DNA of 64,000 nucleotides, from NCBI GenBank assembly GCA_045130665.1, contig JBGUQC010000004.1:635217-699216 (forward strand), given 5' to 3'. Made by a program: the position numbers and the translations under genes. Source of the DNA: Christensenellales bacterium. Lineage in GTDB: Bacteria > Bacillota > Clostridia > Christensenellales > CAG-917. Positions 47,701-53,417 of this stretch are shown one piece after another. The notes beneath the pieces were generated by a model. The model was given only the letters and a program-made list of their open reading frames with translations, made no database searches and had not been told where the DNA came from. Numbering within the stretch: position 1 is the stretch's first letter; each line of letters opens with the position of its first letter.

Positions 47701-48823
47701 ATTTATCAAGATTATAGGTGAAGATTTGCAGTTTGGGCAACGTCGCATAAGGATTACTGTCGCCAAAGTGATATTTGTCCCACTCGGCTTTCGCTTTCTG
47801 CTCCATCACATAATCCCACGTATAAATCTCTTGCTCGCTGAACTTGCTGACGATATTGAAGGGCGTACCCGACAATTCAAGAAGTTTCGGCTTCTTGGGG
47901 TGGTCGTTCAAAAGTTCTATAACCGTTTGACCGAGTTTCGTTTGCGTCCCTTCGTGCGCCTCGTCAATGATGACGAAATCCCATTCAATCAAAAACTCCA
48001 GTATGTTTTTATCGAATTTGCCGCCGACCGCTTCACTACCACGCAAATCTTGTATGGAAGCGAAATAAACGAACTTATTGTCGTCCTTTTCTATGAGTTT
48101 TTCAATTGTTTCGCCCTGCGTTTTCGAGCCGAATTGATAATCGGTATCGTAAAAGATCTTTTCAAAATCCTCGAACCAACCTTTACTGACAACGGGGCGG
48201 TGGGTAATAATGATCGTCTTTTGGAAGCCGCATTCCTTGGCGACTTGCAAGGCGGTCAAAGTTTTGCCGAAACGCATTTTTGCGTTCCAAAGCATATGGT
48301 CGTTGGTCTTAAATCTTGCGACCGTTTCTTTAATTGCTTTCTTTTGTTCGGGACGGAACAAAATAGGCGTTCTTCCTGTGGACACTTCCGTTGCCGTTAA
48401 AGATTTTCGACCTTCTTTAACTGCTTTGATCGCATTCTTTGCCGTTTCCAAATCAACGGGGAACCATTCGACGCCTTTCTTTTCATCCTTAAACTCATGG
48501 CGCGTAATGCCTGAGCGGATCAACACGGAATGAACCGCTTTATCAGAGAAAGAACGTAGTTTCTTTTTGCCATTGACCATTTCTTCGCGCACGGCAAGTT
48601 CCGTATACAGCAAATCGTAGGAGATCGCCGCCGTTTGCGTGTATTGGTCAATACGTTTCTTGGCGGCAACGTTTAATTCTCTGCAATTCGGGAAAAGCAA
48701 GTTGGGCGTTTTGTCCGAGCGTAAAGTGGCTTCGCCGATTTTCAGCAAGCCTTTATGTTCTTTGTCGTTTATGCCGAAGACATAAATCAACGTATATGTA
48801 AAGGTTGACGTAAACTGACTCAT
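44786..48823 (-). CDS. Single-polypeptide T5orf172(GIY-YIG-like) / SF2 helicase / gamma-class N6-adenine MTase / C-terminal specificity-like region
   Basis: N-terminus reads LIYVFGIND..GLLKIGEATL...VEWF. Helicase motifs are Walker A RFGKTLTA (GKT 48260-48268), DEAH IIDEAHEG (47954-47965) and LSGTPF. MTase motifs are ETVLTPWRVVNMH, ILEINSKTGLYPLY and VVGNPPYQ (NPPY 45767-45778). The tail is LYAIYNLDESEIAFIE. Confidence 0.8.
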   Translation of the reverse strand: MSQFTSTFTYTLIYVFGINDKEHKGLLKIGEATLRSDKTPNLLFPNCRELNVAAKKRIDQYTQTAAISYDLLYTELAVREEMVNGKKKLRSFSDKAVHSVLIRSGITRHEFKDEKKGVEWFPVDLETAKNAIKAVKEGRKSLTATEVSTGRTPILFRPEQKKAIKETVARFKTNDHMLWNAKMRFGKTLTALQVAKECGFQKTIIITHRPVVSKGWFEDFEKIFYDTDYQFGSKTQGETIEKLIEKDDNKFVYFASIQDLRGSEAVGGKFDKNILEFLIEWDFVIIDEAHEGTQTKLGQTVIELLNDHPKKPKLLELSGTPFNIVSKFSEQEIYTWDYVMEQKAKAEWDKYHFGDSNPYATLPKLQIFTYNLDKLIPGYIDAEDSAFNFHEFFRTWTGKPEKDFKAIPSNAKVGDFVHKADVESFLNLLCKTDENSNYPYSTEEYRNYFRHSLWMVPGVKEARALSALLKQHPVFKHFNIANVAGSGDEEEKSAEALKKVQDAFGDNPAETYSITLSCGRLTTGVTVPEWTAVFMLAGTFSTSASSYMQTIFRVQSPANINGKIKEECYVFDFAPDRTLKVVAEAGRLSTRAGDTSSDKVIMGEFLNFCPVIAVEGSNMLPYNVDGLLQQLKRVYTDRVVRNGFDDIHIYNDNLMKLDGLELKDFEDLKKIIGASKQSKKVETVDVNNQGFTDEEYEELERIERKPKKERTPEEIAFLEEKKKKQDNKQKAISILRGISVRIPLLIYGANIPIDKDITIDNFTDLIDDASWKEFMPKNESKDKENKGQGVTKELFKKFAKYYDADIFIAAGRRIRQLAKAADLLSPTERVQKISALFATFKNPDKETVLTPWRVVNMHISDCLGGYDFYDENHEETIEEPRFVDRGKVTSDTLANTSARILEINSKTGLYPLYVTYSIYRKRCEECQEELTLEKQRELWNLTVKENVFVICKTEMAKYITIRTLCGYSGTKANAHYFEDLINQLKEKPEQFRAKVTRGSYWNKGVAEMKFDAVVGNPPYQEAVASSVNDKPIYHLFMDVAFRLSEKVSFITPARFLFNAGATPSSWNEKVLSDEHFKVLYYTSDSSEVFPNVDIKGGVAITYRDSKTNFGAIGMYCSYEELNSIKNKVWAITTESFADTILNRGQYRFSDLVYEEHPEEMKKTSDRRISTSAFERMPALFTVDKPNDGKDYIQLLGNIGSNRVYRWFRKDYLAPIDNLYKYKVMFPKANGSGAIGEVLSTPLIGSPLIGYTETYISAGETSSKSEAEAVLKYIKSKFARTLLGILKVTQDNTKKVWKFVPMQDFTAKSDIDWSKSVPEIDKQLYAIYNLDESEIAFIEAMIKPME

Positions 48824-49797
48824 CTGTGCCTCCCGTCAAGCAAAGTGACGAACTTTACTTTCTTTCCCTTTTCCCAATCCATAACGTAACAATAAATGCC
48901 GTTATGACGGTTTCTGTTGTTTTTCAAACAGCCTTCGCATTCTTCGATTTTCGGCTCGTCGAATAAAGATAACTGCATTGATTCCATCTTGTGGCAACTG
49001 TTGGGAATGACGAATTTCAGTCCGTCCATCTGCCATATATTCCACGCAAGTATCTCGGCGATCTCGCGCAGGTATTCTCTTATCGGATACACACCGAACT
49101 TGTCTTCGTAGTAGTCGCAGAATGTAAAGAGTAGGTTTTCACGAGCGAGAAGGACGTTATCCCCCTGCCAGTCATAGCCGTAAATGCTCTTATATGCTTC
49201 TTTCGCCCACGCGTACCACTCTTGCTCGCCGTCGGTATTTTCGGAAACAATACGGAGTTTTCTGTCCAATAGCCCGATGCGGTTTTTAACGGGTATCACT
49301 TCGCCCGTAACGGTATCGTAGCGACTGGCAAGATAGGGCGCTTCGCCGCAGGTAATCTCAAGGCGTTGCGCCTTAACGTAGTCTTGCCACGTTTTGCCGT
49401 CGGGGAAGGTCAATTTTTCTTCATTTGTCATCCAACCTTTTTCCGTTTCGGTATTAAAGACGTTTTCATGCCCAAACCAAGCATTGTCGATGAGATTGTT
49501 TTGTTTATTGCATATCCACGATGGCGTGAATACTTCGGCTTTGTCACGGACACGAGAGAGTTGCTCTTGTTTGGTCTTCTCGGTGCGCGGCTTGATGAGA
49601 TTGCCGTTCGCTCCGGTGATGGCATAGACGTCGATATGGTCGTTTTTGCCGTAGCCGAAACCTTTTTGAGAATAGTTATCCGTAGCCCAAATGAGATTCT
49701 TACCCGAAGAATTGTCTTTGAGCAGAAAAGACAAAAGAGATGCGTCCATCTCCAGTATCTTATTCTCTTTTACATCAACTCTAATCTCTTTTGCCAT
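48820..49797 (-). CDS. MTase-fold-like protein lacking a catalytic (D/N)PP(Y/F) motif
   Basis: KAEVFTPSWICNKQNNLID is motif-X-like and RLEITCGEAPYL is motif-I-like (compare M.TaqI LEPACAHGPFL). YGYDWQGDNVLLARENLL is also present, with no NPPY anywhere. The stop overlaps the next start as ATGA. Confidence 0.5.
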   Translation of the reverse strand: MAKEIRVDVKENKILEMDASLLSFLLKDNSSGKNLIWATDNYSQKGFGYGKNDHIDVYAITGANGNLIKPRTEKTKQEQLSRVRDKAEVFTPSWICNKQNNLIDNAWFGHENVFNTETEKGWMTNEEKLTFPDGKTWQDYVKAQRLEITCGEAPYLASRYDTVTGEVIPVKNRIGLLDRKLRIVSENTDGEQEWYAWAKEAYKSIYGYDWQGDNVLLARENLLFTFCDYYEDKFGVYPIREYLREIAEILAWNIWQMDGLKFVIPNSCHKMESMQLSLFDEPKIEECEGCLKNNRNRHNGIYCYVMDWEKGKKVKFVTLLDGRHR

Positions 49798-49877
49798 TCG
49801 TTTTTTATCCTTATTTCTCCTGTCCTATTTTACCACTTTTCGTCGTAAAAATCAATGCCGCCGTAGCCCTACTATGA

Positions 49878-49906
49878 ATAATATCGTATCCATTTTACTT
49901 TGTAAA
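49878..49906 (-). promoter_or_regulatory. Promoter of the RM-like operon
   Basis: On the minus strand: TTTACA (49906-49901), a 17-nt spacer, then TATTAT (49883-49878). It lies about 80 nt upstream of the ATG at 49797. Confidence 0.5.
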
Positions 49907-49993
49907 CCGCCATCTGTCCCAATATGGGTACTCCTTGACTTATTCGTTTCGGAGCATATCAGCTTTCCTATTCCATACAAAGCACTCCCAACT

Positions 49994-50698
49994 CTAAATG
50001 CGTATTGTTAAGCTGTCTAACAAAACCCACTGTGTTTGATTTGAGTAATCAATTGTGCCTTCGTTTGCACAGTCGTTTATATCCATTGCGAATTTCATTC
50101 TGAACGGTTCAGACAAACAGTTTTTTAAGTTTATGATATTCGTCCACAAAGAACCGTTACCGTCGCCGAAACTACATTTCTTCAAATTCTTGTTGTCCAA
50201 CAAAAAACGATTATGGCTTACTTCGTTTCGCAATGCGATAACAGCGTCAAGGTCGCGAGATAGTTTATCAATTTTATTAAGATAAAGAGGGAATAACTCT
50301 TGCTTATCTGTTTCAGGCAACTTTTTCGCTTGCGATATCAATTGCCCGAACGTTAGGGAAGATAACGCGCTGAAAAAGCCATCGCCTGAATCCAAGTAAC
50401 GTTGTAACTGTAAAGTATGTATTATTGCTCCACTATTATCGCTATATTTGTTTGAAATAAACGCGCGAATGCTTTCTTCCAAAAGACCAATATATTTATA
50501 AAGAACACGACGTATCCGTTTATCGTAGCGGAAAGCGGTGGCAATTTCGGCATAAGAAACTTTTTCACCGGAAAGGCTTTCCAGGTGTTGGCGAACGTGA
50601 TCGTGTTCGTCAATGCCACGGTATTGAAGATAATGAACCGACTTCTTTTTCTCTTCTTCGGTTATTATTATTTTTTCCCAAAACTCTTCGTACGTCAT
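49994..50698 (-). CDS. Abi_2 (AbiD/AbiF-like) HEPN-domain protein
   Basis: FRYDKRIRRVLYKYIGLLEESIRAFI plus IALRNEVSHNRFLL. The latter contains the R-x4-H HEPN motif, R157..H162, at 50213-50230. Confidence 0.7.
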   Translation of the reverse strand: MTYEEFWEKIIITEEEKKKSVHYLQYRGIDEHDHVRQHLESLSGEKVSYAEIATAFRYDKRIRRVLYKYIGLLEESIRAFISNKYSDNSGAIIHTLQLQRYLDSGDGFFSALSSLTFGQLISQAKKLPETDKQELFPLYLNKIDKLSRDLDAVIALRNEVSHNRFLLDNKNLKKCSFGDGNGSLWTNIINLKNCLSEPFRMKFAMDINDCANEGTIDYSNQTQWVLLDSLTIRI

Positions 50699-50705
50699 AA
50701 TAAGG

Positions 50706-51326
50706 CTAATCGCAAATCTCGTTGATTGCTTGGATCAATATCGAAAACGAAGCAATATCATCTTGCTTGGACAAGTGCTGATTCTTCAACTTAAGATATC
50801 TCGCGCGCAAATCATTCCACTTTCCGGCGTCCTTTATCGCTTTGATTTTTGTTTGGTAATTACGCGAATTACGAACTTCATTCCAGTAATACTGTCCGGT
50901 CGCTTTATTGTGTACGATCTTCAGATAGTTGCCGTTGTTTCCTTCGCACATAATGGCAACGTCGAAAGAAAAGTGTAAGCGGTTCCCGAAAATCAACTTC
51001 GACGTTATCACCGAAGTAGAGTTTTCCGCAGGTTTAAAGCCCAAATCGGGATTCGTTTCGTTAAACGCTTGAATGAACAGTTCCTTTATCTTTTTGGGAT
51101 TGTTTATCAGCCCTTGCTTGTCCTTTTGTAGAATAAAATTGTAGTCCAGATCAAACTCGCCATTCTCTCCGTTTTGGGTGATAAGGTTATTGCTTCCACT
51201 ACCGATCAGAACGAATTGAAAAGTAAAGTAATCTTTAAGCCAACTCTGTTGAACGTTCTTAATAATGGTTTCGCAAGCGTTTTTTAATTCTCTTAATTCC
51301 TGTTTATCGTATACGTAATCAAACAT
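50706..51326 (-). CDS. Minimal Pol-beta-superfamily nucleotidyltransferase with a helical C-terminal region
   Basis: VLIGSGS-x13-DLD, with DLD at 51144-51152, gives the GS...DxD signature. A third acidic strand reads HFSFDVAIM. AGGAGA RBS. Confidence 0.65.
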   Translation of the reverse strand: MFDYVYDKQELRELKNACETIIKNVQQSWLKDYFTFQFVLIGSGSNNLITQNGENGEFDLDYNFILQKDKQGLINNPKKIKELFIQAFNETNPDLGFKPAENSTSVITSKLIFGNRLHFSFDVAIMCEGNNGNYLKIVHNKATGQYYWNEVRNSRNYQTKIKAIKDAGKWNDLRARYLKLKNQHLSKQDDIASFSILIQAINEICD

Positions 51327-51349
51327 TATTATTCTCCTAAAACATTTTT

Positions 51350-53224
51350 CTACCTTTTATCTTCTTTATAGCAAATTTCAGATTGTTTTCTGTAGAAAGC
51401 AATCCCAAGTTTCAAAATGCTATAGCCCTGCGCTTCAAGCGGATAGGCATATTCTTTTTCGTCGATTTGATTGAGCGCTTCTTGCGACAACGCGCAGAGT
51501 TCGTTCGTAATCGTATCGGCATTTTTACTTGTCGTAGACAGCACCTTAACTTCGATGATGATGGCGGGCATATTTTTATTGAATGGAACCATTTGGATAT
51601 CGAAACGACCATTGCCGGATTCCCGATTAGACGAAACAGAATACAAATCATTCATCACTGCGTACAGTCCCAACATCAAGCCGTGATAAAAGCCTTCGTT
51701 CGACGTATCGAAGAAACTTACCGTTTGTTTGAGATAGCGTTCGAGATGTTGTTTCATTCCGTTTATATCGTTATCGATAATCGCTTGTTGAACAGACGAC
51801 GCCGTAGATTGAGCGCGTGAGTCGCCGATCGCCGAAAGAATCTCTTTTCCATAGATCCGTTGGATCTCTTTGTTGGGAATGGAAACATAATAGAATGACG
51901 TTCCCGCGACGTTCGGACTCTTGTTTAGTTTCAAATAGCCGGCGATGAGCAGAAAACTGAATATCGTTTGAGGATTGTCCTTGATCTCGGGATAGATCAC
52001 CGAAGTGTCCACGTCGGCAAGAACCGACTTCCCTTCCAACAAGGCTTGTAACTTTTCTTTCGTTTCTACGGGCGATTCCAAAACGATCTGACGAATGATA
52101 TCATTGCTACCCGTGTTTTGCCAATAGGCTTGCGGTATACATTCGTTTTTGATATAACTGATGACTGACCACGGATTAAACATCTCGTTGGAGCCGAAGC
52201 GATACCCGTCGTACCATTCGCACACTTCGCCGAACTTGCTTTTCTTGCCATAAGCGGCGAGAAGCGTTTTGACTTCTTCCTTCGTAAAACCGAAGTACGT
52301 GCTATAACGCTCTTTCAGTACCGAATTATCGATGAGATTATTCATGCCGCTGAAAATGCTTTCTTTTGCGACGCGCAAAATACCCGTCATAAAACCGAAT
52401 GAAAGATGTGAATTATCTTTGAATCCGCCCGAAAACAAATTGCGCATAAACACAATGATTTTCTCATAATACTTTTTCGTATATCCTTGTTGAATCGGAG
52501 TATCGTATTCGTCGATGATAATGACAGGTGCTATATCGTAATAGTCATGCAACATCTTCGACAACCTTGCAAGTGCTTCGGTCAATTCTACTTCCGTTTC
52601 ATTGCCGGACAATAGTTTGTTGTAATAAACGATCTCGTTTTTATCCGCTTTCGCATTCTCGCCGATAATTTCTTTATGGCGAATAAACTCTGTTTGAAAC
52701 AGCGACTTTATTTTAGCAAAGGTATCTTCCCATGTATCGAACTTAACGTCCTTAAAAGAAAGGTAGATCACGGGATATTTCCCTTGATAAGAGGTGTATT
52801 TCTCTCCGTATGCCCATATTCTTTTATCGGCAAAATAACGAGACGTATCCTCATCGCTCTTCTCAAAAAACACGCGAAGCATATCCATCGTCAATGTTTT
52901 TCCGAAGCGACGGGGGCGCGTAAACAAGCTGACCTTGGGGAGATCGTCCAATATGTCTTTGATTAGATCGGTCTTATCCACGTAATAATAATGACTAACA
53001 GCTTCTTTGAAATCTGACACGCCGATAGGAAGCGGCTTCCGTAAATTTATCAAAGCTCCTCTTTTCGTTCTCCCGTCTACCGGCTTTTCCGCATTCACAG
53101 GTATTAACCACATTCCATTCTCTTTTTTCGCTCCAATGATTTTACCATCACGACAAAGCATTGTGATTCTGCGTTCTTCTAATTCCCATTTTTCAGCAGC
53201 TTCTTGCACATTAATGAAATCCAT
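51350..53224 (-). CDS. HTH + AAA-ATPase_like + PD-(D/E)XK (PDDEXK_9-like) protein
   Basis: N-terminal excisionase/MerR-like HTH (INVQEAAEKWELEERRITMLCRDGKI). Then PIGVSDFKE....YYYVDKT...TRPRRFGKTLTMDML (Walker A). The C-terminal GNGRFDIQM....AIIIEVKV is a D...ExK nuclease motif. Confidence 0.75.
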   Translation of the reverse strand: MDFINVQEAAEKWELEERRITMLCRDGKIIGAKKENGMWLIPVNAEKPVDGRTKRGALINLRKPLPIGVSDFKEAVSHYYYVDKTDLIKDILDDLPKVSLFTRPRRFGKTLTMDMLRVFFEKSDEDTSRYFADKRIWAYGEKYTSYQGKYPVIYLSFKDVKFDTWEDTFAKIKSLFQTEFIRHKEIIGENAKADKNEIVYYNKLLSGNETEVELTEALARLSKMLHDYYDIAPVIIIDEYDTPIQQGYTKKYYEKIIVFMRNLFSGGFKDNSHLSFGFMTGILRVAKESIFSGMNNLIDNSVLKERYSTYFGFTKEEVKTLLAAYGKKSKFGEVCEWYDGYRFGSNEMFNPWSVISYIKNECIPQAYWQNTGSNDIIRQIVLESPVETKEKLQALLEGKSVLADVDTSVIYPEIKDNPQTIFSFLLIAGYLKLNKSPNVAGTSFYYVSIPNKEIQRIYGKEILSAIGDSRAQSTASSVQQAIIDNDINGMKQHLERYLKQTVSFFDTSNEGFYHGLMLGLYAVMNDLYSVSSNRESGNGRFDIQMVPFNKNMPAIIIEVKVLSTTSKNADTITNELCALSQEALNQIDEKEYAYPLEAQGYSILKLGIAFYRKQSEICYKEDKR

Positions 53225-53254
53225 TTGCTTGGCTCCTATATGTTAATCATCTAT

Positions 53255-53283
53255 ATTATATACATTCGCAGGTGGCATGTCAA
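53255..53283 (-). promoter_or_regulatory. Consensus SigA promoter of the AAA/NTase/HEPN operon
   Basis: On the minus strand: TTGACA (53283-53278), exactly 17 nt, then TATAAT (53260-53255). The ATG at 53224 is preceded by TAGGAG. Confidence 0.65.
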
Positions 53284-53333
53284 GATAGATGTCAAGTTAT
53301 TTTCGCCAAATGTTAAGTTATATGTCGAGATAT
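53277..53333. repeat. Four copies of a 12-bp motif ATGTYRAGWTAK arranged as two tandem dimers
   Basis: ATGTCAAGATAG (53277-88), ATGTCAAGTTAT (53289-300), a 9-bp gap, ATGTTAAGTTAT (53310-21) and ATGTCGAGATAT (53322-33). The first copy contains the -35 hexamer. Confidence 0.6.
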
Positions 53334-53417
53334 GCCGATAAAATATTTAAATATATATTAAAAAAACCAGAAACCCTATCAAAAGCCTATTGTAAAATCA
53401 TATAAAAAACATTTTTC

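Noticed and set aside
46376-48400. Long plus-strand ORFs (275 aa at 46376-47203 and 335 aa at 47393-48400) antisense to the helicase-MTase gene
   Set aside because: They lie entirely inside a minus-strand gene with clear helicase and MTase motifs. Their translations are low-complexity Phe/Val/Arg-rich with no motifs, and they lack RBS context. This is the typical antisense-frame artefact of GC-richer coding DNA.
53277-53333. The 12-bp repeats as a CRISPR array
   Set aside because: The repeats are too short and are directly abutting, with no spacers of 25-40 bp. They are few in number, no cas genes are present, and they overlap a promoter.
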